This document shows, piece by piece, positions 38,239 to 47,238 of a stretch of DNA of 64,000 nucleotides (its first letter is position 1; each line of letters opens with the position of its first letter). The notes under the pieces were generated by a model that saw nothing but the letters and a program-made list of their open reading frames with translations, was not told the origin of the DNA and ran no database searches. Location of the stretch: the NCBI GenBank assembly GCA_023245995.1, contig JAHFJH010000003.1:1585-65584 (forward strand), written 5' to 3'. The translations under genes and the position numbers were made by a program. Source of the stretch: Candidatus Doudnabacteria bacterium (GTDB taxonomy: Bacteria; Patescibacteriota; Doudnabacteria; UBA920).

Positions 38239-39152
38239 TTTTTATATTTATCTATTTTACCATACTGTAACTGTTCGTATGTATCTAGAAGTTGTTTCGT
38301 AACTTTACCAATGCTATGGCCAATGGCGCGTTTATCTACAGATAAAATTGGTGCAACACGAGCACTAGACCCACAGAAAAACAGCTCATCGGCAATATAC
38401 AACTCACTTCTATCTACTGCGCGAACATCCACAGGTATATTTAAATATTCCGCTATGCGCAAAATCGTATCCCTTGTAATACCTTCTAAGATGTCGGTAG
38501 AAACATCTGGGGTAACCAGCATACCATTTCTTACCATAAAAATATTGGCCACAGTTCCCTCGGTTACGTGCCCCTCACGGTCTAAACATATGGCTTCGTC
38601 GAAACCATTTAACAAAGCTTCATTTTTCATGAGGCTATTACTTACATACAAACCATTTACTTTAGCTCTGGCTGGTATGGCATCGTCCTCCACATGTCGC
38701 CATGTACTTACACATACATTTACTCCTTCTGGTTTATAAAACTGCCCCATTGGGTACACGTAAGCAGAGAAACTGTTCTGCAGACCCGCAATCCTAGTAC
38801 CGGCTATGAGCTCATCTATAAATATACTTGCACGCACCAATACATTTTCTTGAATTTGGTTCTTCTGCAAAAGCTCAATCATTAATTGTTCAAACTGCTT
38901 ATAGGGGTGGCTTTCCGCAAAGTCCGCAAAACCCATTATGCGCGCCGAATTACACAACCGTTTCCAGTGATCTGCTAACCTAAAAATGAGTAAGCTTTTA
39001 TTTTGGTCGTCCCAGACCACATTAAAAACCGTGTACACCGCCAGTCCATACAAAACCGGTGAAGAAGCAATACTCACACTAGCCTCGATAAATGGTACAA
39101 ATTCGTCACGAAATATAGCGGTACTTGTTTTATAGTTGAAATTCATATGCAT
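38217..39152 (-). CDS. class IV (branched-chain / D-amino-acid) aminotransferase
   Basis: Fold-type IV PLP motifs, e.g. ...EGTVANIFMVRNGMLVTPD..., and the catalytic Lys region. 311 aa. Confidence 0.8.
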   Translation of the reverse strand: MHMNFNYKTSTAIFRDEFVPFIEASVSIASSPVLYGLAVYTVFNVVWDDQNKSLLIFRLADHWKRLCNSARIMGFADFAESHPYKQFEQLMIELLQKNQIQENVLVRASIFIDELIAGTRIAGLQNSFSAYVYPMGQFYKPEGVNVCVSTWRHVEDDAIPARAKVNGLYVSNSLMKNEALLNGFDEAICLDREGHVTEGTVANIFMVRNGMLVTPDVSTDILEGITRDTILRIAEYLNIPVDVRAVDRSELYIADELFFCGSSARVAPILSVDKRAIGHSIGKVTKQLLDTYEQLQYGKIDKYKNWVTQLL

Positions 39153-39261
39153 TCCAAATCTACAAATACGACAAATTTACGAATACCCACAAATAAATGC
39201 ACGTGCCGTATTGATTATCCGTAGTCATTAGTAGATTTGCCCATTAGCAAATTTGAATAGG

Positions 39262-40539
39262 TTAAAATTTAATAATTTTCTCCAAACGTTTCTGTAGTCC
39301 CCCGTCTTTATACGGACCAACAACCGCTAAAGATGCAAATTTAGAAACAAAAATTTCCTGAGCAACTTTTTGCACTTCTATGGCAGTTACTTTGTCTATA
39401 CGTTCGAACGCTTCTTTTGGAGTACGCACCTGCTTCTTAAACGCCACTTGCTCTAAGTACCAGTCTAAGCGTACTTGGTTGTCTTCTAGGGCAAGTGTCG
39501 TCTTGCCTTTCATATACTCTTTAGCCTTCTGCAACTCTTTTTCAAGAACCGGAGTTTCAACTGCACGTTTAAGCTCTGCAAAAATTACTTGTACCGCCTC
39601 TTCTACTTTGCCAAGTTGCACGCCAGCAGAAACATAAAACTGACCAGTATCCAGAAAAGCTCCTGGACTGCACCGTACGTAGTAAGCCAGTCCGCGTTTT
39701 TCACGAATTTCTTCCCAAAGTCTTGAACTCATGCCACCGCCAAGTACAATTGAAAGCACAGAAAGAGCAGCGTTTCTCGGGTCGTTGTTATGAAAAGCCT
39801 TAAAACCAAGTACCAAATGAGCCTGTTCTGTTTCTTTTTTTATTACAGAAACTCTGGATTGTTTTTGTTTATCTGTAACTTTTTCAAAACCTCCACCGCG
39901 TCGCTTTGGAACCTTGCTCCATGTTTTTCTAATAATGCGACTTAAATCTTTTTCGTTAAATTTTCCAGACACACCAATAAGCATATTCCCCGGCAAATAA
40001 TGCCGTTGCATATATTGCCTAAAAACTGCGGGAGTAAAGCTGGTAACTGTTTTTTTAGTACCAATTATATCACGACCAAGTGCGTCTTTAGGCCACATAA
40101 GCGCGTCTAAAGCGTTGTCCGCTACCGACTGCGGGCTGTCCTTATACATGTTCATTTCTTCCACAATCACGCCCTTTTCTTTTTCAAGCTCAAGCTGGTC
40201 AAATAGTGGTGCTTGCACCATGTCACTTAAAATATCAAAAATAAGGGGTAAATATTTACTCTGCGCTTTAATATAGTACTGCGTAGACTCTTTGCTAGTA
40301 CACGCGTTCATGTCTCCACCTATTCCGTCTACTATTTCATTTATAGACAGCGCCGTTGGATATTTTTTTGTACCTTTAAACAAAAAATGTTCTAAGAAGT
40401 GCGATATACCTGCTTCTTTAGAAGTTTCAGACCGAGAACCGGTCTTAACAAAAATATCTACTACCACACTCTCAGCGTCACTACTTGGCACCGTGACAAC
40501 GGTTAGTCCATTTGCTAAAACCCTTTTCGTGTATTTCAT
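39262..40539 (-). CDS. M16-family (pitrilysin-like) zinc peptidase
   Basis: Inverted zinc motif HFLEH...E (GISHFLEHFLFKGT). 425 aa. Confidence 0.85.
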   Translation of the reverse strand: MKYTKRVLANGLTVVTVPSSDAESVVVDIFVKTGSRSETSKEAGISHFLEHFLFKGTKKYPTALSINEIVDGIGGDMNACTSKESTQYYIKAQSKYLPLIFDILSDMVQAPLFDQLELEKEKGVIVEEMNMYKDSPQSVADNALDALMWPKDALGRDIIGTKKTVTSFTPAVFRQYMQRHYLPGNMLIGVSGKFNEKDLSRIIRKTWSKVPKRRGGGFEKVTDKQKQSRVSVIKKETEQAHLVLGFKAFHNNDPRNAALSVLSIVLGGGMSSRLWEEIREKRGLAYYVRCSPGAFLDTGQFYVSAGVQLGKVEEAVQVIFAELKRAVETPVLEKELQKAKEYMKGKTTLALEDNQVRLDWYLEQVAFKKQVRTPKEAFERIDKVTAIEVQKVAQEIFVSKFASLAVVGPYKDGGLQKRLEKIIKF

Positions 40540-40547
40540 AAAAATAT

Positions 40548-41195
40548 TTAACCGTTAGTTGCTAAAAACTGGTTTATATAACTCGAAGCCTCATTTAAAG
40601 TATTTATACCTAAATTACTTGCAAGCCAACTCGCACACAGTTCCTTGGCTACATGTCCGTGTTCCCTGTCTGACATTATTTCGGCTTCCACAAAGTGCTT
40701 TTGCTTGCCTCCTATAAGTATACTATCAAGCGAAACTGTTGCAGTAAACTCACCTATTTTTCCAATAAAATCTTGTCTGTGCTTTATTATGACTGGATGG
40801 TTTTTTGGCGCTTGCTCAACCATTTGTTCAAATTCTGCCTTAGTTAAATCTTTCGGCTCTTCTAGGCGAATTTTATTGCCCTGTGAATCCTGCGAGTGAG
40901 TTTTTCGGTTCCACCAATACAAAGTAGGTGTGCCTTCCACACTTACAATGCGTGCACGATCAAAATTAAATCCACCTAAAGTTGATTTTTCATGAGTAAC
41001 GTAGTGGTCCTCATGGGTTACAGGACTTTGCATATCAAACCCAAGCTTTAAAAGCAGCTCTGGCAGCTGCTTGTACTCACTAACCAATATTTCGTATTTT
41101 ACTTCTGCTTCTACAGGCGTGTCCATTGCATTGCTTATTTTGATGGGAATTATAATCCCCTTATATAAATTTATAAGTTTAGAATTAACAACCAA
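40548..41195 (-). CDS. CYTH-like (CyaB/thiamine-triphosphatase-like) domain protein; tentative
   Basis: EAEVKYEIL start-of-domain pattern, acidic residues spaced as in CYTH barrels (E.E.K, ...R..E.E). Weak call; the start is likely MDTPVEAEVK. Confidence 0.35.
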   Translation of the reverse strand: MVVNSKLINLYKGIIIPIKISNAMDTPVEAEVKYEILVSEYKQLPELLLKLGFDMQSPVTHEDHYVTHEKSTLGGFNFDRARIVSVEGTPTLYWWNRKTHSQDSQGNKIRLEEPKDLTKAEFEQMVEQAPKNHPVIIKHRQDFIGKIGEFTATVSLDSILIGGKQKHFVEAEIMSDREHGHVAKELCASWLASNLGINTLNEASSYINQFLATNG

Positions 41196-41485
41196 AAACT
41201 AGTCAAGACTGCCAGAGTTACAACAATTAAAATATACCCTAAAAGAGGTATAGTTTTACGAGTAATTAAAAGCATGCTAGCTATTAAAGCAATAACAGCT
41301 GATGGAAGCCCAAACAGTATGAAAATACCTACACCTCCACCTGGTACCATGGAATTTGTCCCTTGCGCAGCCATAGACATAAATAGAACAAAAAGTTCTA
41401 TTAAAGAAAATATCACCGCCATAACTGCAACTGGTGAAATATTTCTTGCCCAATTATCGTTAGGACTCTGAACTAAATTATCCAT
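41171..41485 (-). CDS. hypothetical small membrane protein
   Basis: 104 aa with three TM helices. It overlaps its neighbours by a few codons. Confidence 0.4.
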   Translation of the reverse strand: MDNLVQSPNDNWARNISPVAVMAVIFSLIELFVLFMSMAAQGTNSMVPGGGVGIFILFGLPSAVIALIASMLLITRKTIPLLGYILIVVTLAVLTSFWLLILNL

Positions 41486-42902
41486 TTATTTTCTCGTTTA
41501 AATAATTGACAAGTTCGTCTAAGTTTACTCGCACTTGCTCTGCGGTATCGCGGTCGCGCACAGTTACAGTATCGTTTTCAAGAGTGTCAAAATCTACAGT
41601 TATGCAGAAAGGTGTACCAATTTCGTCTTGGCTGTAGTAGCGTTTACCCACGTTTCCACGATCGTCCCATGCAACGGGAAGTAGTGAGTCGTGTGAAGCA
41701 AGCTGTGAATATATTTCCTTGGCTTTTGCAACAAGCTCGGGTTTATTTTTTAGAAGCGGAAATACCGCACACTTGTACGGCGCAAGTTTAGGTGGAAGCG
41801 ATAAATATACTCGTTTATTTTCACCATCAATTTGCTCTTTGTAATGTTCGCACAAAACAGCTAAAAATGTCCTGTCTACGCCCCAAGTAGGCTCTATTAC
41901 ATGCGGTACAGTTTTCTCCCCTGTTTCTGGGTCTGTATATTTTAGTTCTTGGCCACTAGCGCGCTCGTGATTCTTCAAATCAAAATCTGTCCTGTATGCA
42001 AGACCATAAAGCTCTTTGACACCAAACGGGAAATGGTACTCAAAGTCCATAGTGCGCTTACTGTAATGTGCTAAGTCCTCACGTGGTACTTCCAACTCGT
42101 GAATGTGCTCCATACTTAACCCTAGGTCACGGGTAATCCAACTTAAAATATCCTGTCTCCACAATTCAAAATACTCATTCCAATCTGCGTCTACAGTTGG
42201 TACTGGAATAAAGTACTCAATTTCCATTTGTTCAAATTCGCGCGTACGGAAAATAAAATTCCCAGGGGTTATTTCGTTTCTAAAAGCCTTGCCTTGTTGT
42301 GCTATGCCAAAGGGAAGTTTTCTACGCGTAGTGTCAAGGACATTCTTAAACTGCACAAACATTGCCTGTGCTGTCTCTGGCCTAAAATAGGCCACACTTG
42401 TTTGGTCTTCCGACGGACCAATAAATGTTTTAAACATTAAGTTAAATTGCTTTGCCGGTCCAAGATCGTGTTGTCTTAAATGGACTGGATCAGAGACTGA
42501 ACAAATCAATAAACCCTTTATATCTTCAGGCAAGTCTTTCTCTTTTGGAAACTCATTTGGTGATATCACCCATTTGTGAATCGCCTCTAGATGGTGGTCA
42601 GCCCTAAATCGTTGATGACATTTTTTGCATTCAACAAGCGGGTCAGAAAAAGTCGCGACGTGGCCACTAGCTTCCCAAACTTTTGGGTTCATTATTAGTG
42701 CCGCGTCTAACCCCACCACATCTTCCCGGCTTTGCACAAACCGCTTCCACCAGAGCTGTTTAATGTTATTCTTTAGCTCCACACCCAAAGGCCCGTAGTC
42801 CCACGAGTTACTCAGCCCGCCATAAATATCACTCCCAGGAAAAACGAATCCTCGGCGTTTACAAAGACTTACAATCTTCTCCATCAATTCTTGTTCTGCC
42901 AT
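41478..42902 (-). CDS. glyS: glycyl-tRNA synthetase, alpha2 (class II, eukaryote/archaeal-like) type
   Basis: MAEQELMEKIVSLCKRRGFVFPGSDIYGGLSNSWDYGPLGVELKNNIK...; class II motifs and anticodon-binding domain. 474 aa. Confidence 0.93.
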   Translation of the reverse strand: MAEQELMEKIVSLCKRRGFVFPGSDIYGGLSNSWDYGPLGVELKNNIKQLWWKRFVQSREDVVGLDAALIMNPKVWEASGHVATFSDPLVECKKCHQRFRADHHLEAIHKWVISPNEFPKEKDLPEDIKGLLICSVSDPVHLRQHDLGPAKQFNLMFKTFIGPSEDQTSVAYFRPETAQAMFVQFKNVLDTTRRKLPFGIAQQGKAFRNEITPGNFIFRTREFEQMEIEYFIPVPTVDADWNEYFELWRQDILSWITRDLGLSMEHIHELEVPREDLAHYSKRTMDFEYHFPFGVKELYGLAYRTDFDLKNHERASGQELKYTDPETGEKTVPHVIEPTWGVDRTFLAVLCEHYKEQIDGENKRVYLSLPPKLAPYKCAVFPLLKNKPELVAKAKEIYSQLASHDSLLPVAWDDRGNVGKRYYSQDEIGTPFCITVDFDTLENDTVTVRDRDTAEQVRVNLDELVNYLNEKING

Positions 42903-42904
42903 AT

Positions 42905-43110
42905 GTATTTATTATACCAATAAAAAAACTCATCTCTAAATATAATCACTTACATTTAGGGACGAGTCTTTAAGCCCGCGGTTCCACCCTGTTTACCCCA
43001 CTTAGCGGGATCATCTTTATTCAGTTTCAGCTCCAGCGTGCCACCGCCTTCATAGCTACTGTTAGTATAGCCTCCGAACTAAAGCGTGTCAAAAATTATT
43101 AAACACCCAA
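42905..43110 (-). promoter_or_regulatory. T-box riboswitch leader (glycine-specific) controlling glyS
   Basis: The minus-strand RNA contains the T-box sequence AAACAGGGUGGAACCGCGGG (consensus AAnnnGGGUGGnACCGCG). The UGGA bulge is complementary to the tRNA-Gly 3' UCCA. An overlapping terminator (ACUCGUCCCUAAAU...AUUUAGAGAUGAGU + UUUUUUU) lies directly before the glyS ATG. GGC triplets are present in the stem I region. Confidence 0.75.
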
Positions 43111-43123
43111 TCGGGTAATGATG

Positions 43124-43651
43124 CTACGCAGTATAAGCTTTGATTTGCTCATATAATAAATCAATATTATCGCTACTCCACAGCCATCGCTTTAATTCAG
43201 CGACTTTAATTCCATCTACTTCCAACACTGTGGGATAATGGGAACCACCTTTTGGTGTAATCAAAGGGCGAGGTGTATCGTACATCCTCACCGACCTCTT
43301 GTTCATCTGGACCGTAATAAAATTTCTATTTTTTCTGGCAAATAAATTACTAATAGACAATACTTTGGGCAAAGCATTTGGCTCACCATCTTCCACAAAA
43401 GCATAGGTGCCACCTAAACGTTCCGCAAGCACTAGCATAAGCTGCGCGCGTTCTCGTACACTTACCATGGCAAAAGTTAGATACATTACCAACGCTATGG
43501 GTATCCAGAAAATGTAGATCTTGTCGAACTCCAAACCATGCGAAAGTTGGTATAGGGTAATGCCAAGAAGAAGCACAACAAACGCTATGTTCACAATAAG
43601 GCTCTTCATAAATACACTGGCCGGCACCCGCTCCGAGTTTGGAATTAGCAA
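43124..43651 (-). CDS. hypothetical membrane protein
   Basis: 175 aa with two N-terminal TM helices. No motif recognised. Confidence 0.45.
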   Translation of the reverse strand: MLIPNSERVPASVFMKSLIVNIAFVVLLLGITLYQLSHGLEFDKIYIFWIPIALVMYLTFAMVSVRERAQLMLVLAERLGGTYAFVEDGEPNALPKVLSISNLFARKNRNFITVQMNKRSVRMYDTPRPLITPKGGSHYPTVLEVDGIKVAELKRWLWSSDNIDLLYEQIKAYTA

Positions 43652-43805
43652 CTAGGGCAACAAGATTAGCGTCCCAGAAGGAACCGTGAAGATTCCTTGG
43701 GAACATTGAAAAATTTTGAACCTTTTACAATAAATAAAACGAAATGCAGTTCTCAGAGGATCCTTGAGGGCTGTTCTAAAAATTTAAAATATAAACACCT
43801 TTGGG

Positions 43806-44777
43806 CTATTTATCTTTCTCAATGAGCATTGGGTCACTGTCAAAAGAACCAATGAAATAGAAGCGATAATTTAGATACCCTGCAATTCTTTCCACGCGAG
43901 AAAGTATTCCATAAATTTCGTTTCCTAATTTATACTCCTCTGTATTTGTCTTTACTGTACCTTCACCAAAAATACTTTTAGCTTCAGTTTTATCTATAAC
44001 AAAACCGTGGTCTTTGTATTCATTAACTAACTTTTTTGCAATATCCGCAGGATTTCCGCTAAGTGTATCCTTATGACTATTTAATAACCGTTCGGCGTAT
44101 TGTGCCACGGATTCTGCCGCCCTCTCATAATATCCAATTTGAATAGGCTCTACTGAGTATTCTAAATACCTCGCAAACATCTGTGCAGATTTGGGCATTT
44201 TACTCACTAGACTAGCTATGTGCTCAATCGAATATTTCAAAGCTAAAGCTGGCATTCCATTAATCTGCAAATCTATTGGACCTAATTCACTTAAGCTACC
44301 CATATGTATCTCATTTGCGGCACTAGCCAACAAAGTTGCTGCTGATTTTGCATACCTAGGGACGACAACTACAAACCTTCCATTACTGGACTCTCGGCAC
44401 AACTGACCAATTAAATAAGCTGCTCCAGGCTCTCCTCCATTGGAAAGCAATATTAGAAGCAAGGACTTCTCTTTGTCTTTTAAAGCAGTTATGGCTTGAT
44501 AAATTCTGTCTGAGTCGCTTTTAACCATGACAATATTATCGTACATTACGAGAATATTATAATTCTTTTCACAGGTATATTTTGCAGCAGACTGTTTTAA
44601 GTGATTGGATAATAATTGGTTGAATTTCTTTTTATCTTCTTCACTTGCTTTTTTGCCATAGCCTCCGACTAATGCTGTCAATACATCGTCGTAAGTAACT
44701 TCTAATGAAGCAGACCCTTCTATGTCTGCTGGTGCACTAGGACTTATTTCTGGTTGTACAGGAATTTGAGCGTCCAT
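43806..44777 (-). CDS. ClpP/crotonase-fold serine protease (S49/SDH-family-like)
   Basis: LLILLSNGGEPGAAYLIGQL...VVVPRYAKSAATLLASAANEIHMG resembles the SppA/NfeD/SDH-proteinase active-site region. Confidence 0.55.
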   Translation of the reverse strand: MDAQIPVQPEISPSAPADIEGSASLEVTYDDVLTALVGGYGKKASEEDKKKFNQLLSNHLKQSAAKYTCEKNYNILVMYDNIVMVKSDSDRIYQAITALKDKEKSLLLILLSNGGEPGAAYLIGQLCRESSNGRFVVVVPRYAKSAATLLASAANEIHMGSLSELGPIDLQINGMPALALKYSIEHIASLVSKMPKSAQMFARYLEYSVEPIQIGYYERAAESVAQYAERLLNSHKDTLSGNPADIAKKLVNEYKDHGFVIDKTEAKSIFGEGTVKTNTEEYKLGNEIYGILSRVERIAGYLNYRFYFIGSFDSDPMLIEKDK

Positions 44778-44785
44778 AATAAAAC

Positions 44786-45106
44786 TTACTTTTTAAAACT
44801 TTTTAAATAATTTTCATACCAACCATCTTCGTTTGATAGAAATTCTTGAAAACTTTTTTTTAACCATTCGACGTATTCGGATTGGTCAAACCAGCCTTCT
44901 TTTTTTTCTTGCTCACTAGGATTTTCACCAGTCCAATCCAACTTTTCCTGTACCAACCCATAGAAAGTGCTTTGTGGTAAGGTTAAGGCATCTTCTGGAA
45001 TCTCTTCAAGGTAGTAATTGTAATATTCCTTTTCAAATTCTGGGACAGTCCATTTATTTGAAATTAAGTTATTTATCTTTTCTGCAAGGATATCTTTATG
45101 ATTCAT
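44786..45106 (-). CDS. small acidic W/Y/E-rich protein; candidate immunity protein for the upstream RHS C-terminal toxin
   Basis: 106 aa, 6 nt downstream of the toxin cassette's stop. Composition is typical of polymorphic-toxin immunity proteins. Confidence 0.45.
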   Translation of the reverse strand: MNHKDILAEKINNLISNKWTVPEFEKEYYNYYLEEIPEDALTLPQSTFYGLVQEKLDWTGENPSEQEKKEGWFDQSEYVEWLKKSFQEFLSNEDGWYENYLKSFKK

Positions 45107-45112
45107 AATTTA

Positions 45113-45931
45113 TTATTTTAATGGTGTAAACCTTCCATTTGCAATACCATTTTTCACATTTTCGACTGTATTAAGTCCAGCTGAAATTACTCTAGTCATT
45201 TCAGGATTGGTTGTAATTCTAATAAATCCTTCACCGCCATCAGGCCTTGCAATCCATGTATTAATATTTCCGCTGTTCCCATTATCTACAAATTTTTGAG
45301 TACTATTAGAAGCTTGATTGAGTATGTCGTTAGTACTTAAACCAAATTTTTGAGATAATGAATCTAATTTTTGTTGTGCAGATGATACAACTTGCAAGTC
45401 TCCAAAATTTGTAAGACGAGGCGCGACCTGAGAAACCTCATTGGTAACTTGAGTTGCCTGGTTACAGAAGGCTACGCAAGTTCCGCCTAAGGTGCTGATA
45501 CCAGCGGCACCTAAACCATACAATACTCCGGCAGCTCCTCCTGCTGCAATTCCCACTCCTCCAACTGCATAAGCTACTCCAACATGGTTAGTTGCGTAAT
45601 TAAATACCGGATCATATTGAGCGTAAGTATTAGCTGCATTTCCTACACTGACAAACCAAGGTGCATTTATGGAATTAAACGGATTCCATAATTGGCCTGT
45701 AGGATCATTATACAATATTGGGTTATTTCTTGCATAACTATAACTATTTAGGTTCTGCGGGTCGGAGAGGAAGACAACTAACTTCTGTTGGGTAATAGCT
45801 TTTAATTGTTGGTTGTCTCCAATAGCGAGGAAGGCCTGGTCCTGAGAAATAAACCTTCCAGTAGTCGGATTTTGATAGCGAGCATTATAATAATTTAAGC
45901 CAGTGCCTGCGTCATACTCCTGCCCCGTGAA
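45113..45931 (-). CDS. orphan RHS/YD-repeat C-terminal fragment carrying a polymorphic toxin domain; no N-terminal RHS body and no ATG
   Basis: The open frame runs from the tgt stop codon and reads FTGQEYDAGTGLNYYNARYQNPTTGRFISQDQ...SYSYARNNPILYNDPTGQ. That is the terminal YD repeat followed by the RHS core-end motif Yx[YF]xxNNPxxxxDPxG. After it comes a roughly 195-aa variable C-terminus containing a glycine-zipper-like segment (VGVAYAVGGVGIAAGGAAGVLYGLGAAGISTLGG). The track ORF 45113..45715 only starts at an in-frame TTG. Confidence 0.75.
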   Translation of the reverse strand, partial: FTGQEYDAGTGLNYYNARYQNPTTGRFISQDQAFLAIGDNQQLKAITQQKLVVFLSDPQNLNSYSYARNNPILYNDPTGQLWNPFNSINAPWFVSVGNAANTYAQYDPVFNYATNHVGVAYAVGGVGIAAGGAAGVLYGLGAAGISTLGGTCVAFCNQATQVTNEVSQVAPRLTNFGDLQVVSSAQQKLDSLSQKFGLSTNDILNQASNSTQKFVDNGNSGNINTWIARPDGGEGFIRITTNPEMTRVISAGLNTVENVKNGIANGRFTPLK

Positions 45932-47176
45932 TTATTTTTGTTCCGTATAATCTTTAAACTCAACAAGCATCTTTTCAAAGTAGTCGTATTGTATAGCGTT
46001 GCGAATCTTTTCCATAAAGTTTAAGTAGAAACGCAAGTTGTGCATGGTTGCAAGACGCTCGCCTAAGGGCTCTCCTGTTTGGAACAGGTGACGCACATAG
46101 GCGCGGGTATGATGCAGACACGCGTAGCAGTTGCAGGTGGCGTCTATAGGCGTAAAGTCTTCTTTGTGCTTTTCAAGCCTGATATCAATTGTTTCGTACC
46201 CTTCTATAAATCTACTGGACAGTTCGTCATTGTCTAACGATACCTGTCCGTTATCAGGCGCAGCCCGACGTAGCCTTGGCGAAGTTGGGTCAATTTCCAC
46301 TTGCTTTGCCACATATAGCCTTCCATGCCTTGCTTCCCTTGTCGGAATAACACAATCAAACGTATCACACCCGCGGGCTACGGCCTGAATAATATCGTAA
46401 GGAGTACCTACCCCAAGTAAATGTTTAGGTGCATTTTCCGGCAAATGAGGAACAGCGGACTCAACTGCAAGCATCATTTCCTCATGTGGCTCCCCTACTG
46501 CAACACCACCAATAGCAAAACCTTCGAAGCCCAAAGCTACCATGTCCTGCGCCGATTGTTTTCGTAAATCCGGAAAGCTTGCACCTTGCACTATACCCCA
46601 AAGTTTTTGTCCGGGGTTTACTGGGTCGCCGTCTACAATAATTTTTTGATGCTCTTTTACTGCGCGCTCCGCCCAGCGTTTGGTTAGGGCTATGGACTCG
46701 AGGCTTCTTTCGTGCTCGAAAGGGAACCCAGGAAAGTCGTCTAAAATTAAGGCCACATCGCTTCCTAAGTTTGCCTGTATGTCTACCGACTTCTCAGGTG
46801 ACAAAATTTCATGTTTACCGTCCATGTCAAACTGGAACATGACACCAACTTCCATGGTCTTTCGCATTTTTGCCAAAGAGTAAACTTGAAACCCGCCAGA
46901 GTCGGTAAAAATTGGTCCATGCCAATTCATAAACTTATGCAAGCCACCGGCTTTGTAAATAAGTCCGTCACCAGGCCTCTGCCACAAGTGGTAGGTATTT
47001 GCTAACACCATAGAAGCACCCCAAAATTTTAGCTCTTCACTAGTAACTGCTTTTACAGTACCGCGAGTACCAATAGGCAAAAACTGTGGCGTATGTACGT
47101 CACCATGCGCTGTATGTATAACGCCCTTCCGTGCGCGTGACGACGGATCCTTTTTTTCAATTTCAAAATAATCCAT
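45932..47176 (-). CDS. tgt: queuine tRNA-ribosyltransferase
   Basis: TGT motifs including the zinc site CxCxxC...H (CNCYACLHHTRAYVRHL), a catalytic Asp region and LANTYHL. Confidence 0.92.
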   Translation of the reverse strand: MDYFEIEKKDPSSRARKGVIHTAHGDVHTPQFLPIGTRGTVKAVTSEELKFWGASMVLANTYHLWQRPGDGLIYKAGGLHKFMNWHGPIFTDSGGFQVYSLAKMRKTMEVGVMFQFDMDGKHEILSPEKSVDIQANLGSDVALILDDFPGFPFEHERSLESIALTKRWAERAVKEHQKIIVDGDPVNPGQKLWGIVQGASFPDLRKQSAQDMVALGFEGFAIGGVAVGEPHEEMMLAVESAVPHLPENAPKHLLGVGTPYDIIQAVARGCDTFDCVIPTREARHGRLYVAKQVEIDPTSPRLRRAAPDNGQVSLDNDELSSRFIEGYETIDIRLEKHKEDFTPIDATCNCYACLHHTRAYVRHLFQTGEPLGERLATMHNLRFYLNFMEKIRNAIQYDYFEKMLVEFKDYTEQK

Positions 47177-47238
47177 AAAGATAAAAAATGGACGCCCGCT
47201 TAGGACGGATGTCCATCTTATAAATAAATTTCTGTTAG

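Noticed and set aside
43383-43706. 107-aa minus-strand ORF overlapping the start of the 43124..43651 gene
   Set aside because: Out-of-frame overlap with a better ORF, and a Cys/Trp-rich junk-like product.
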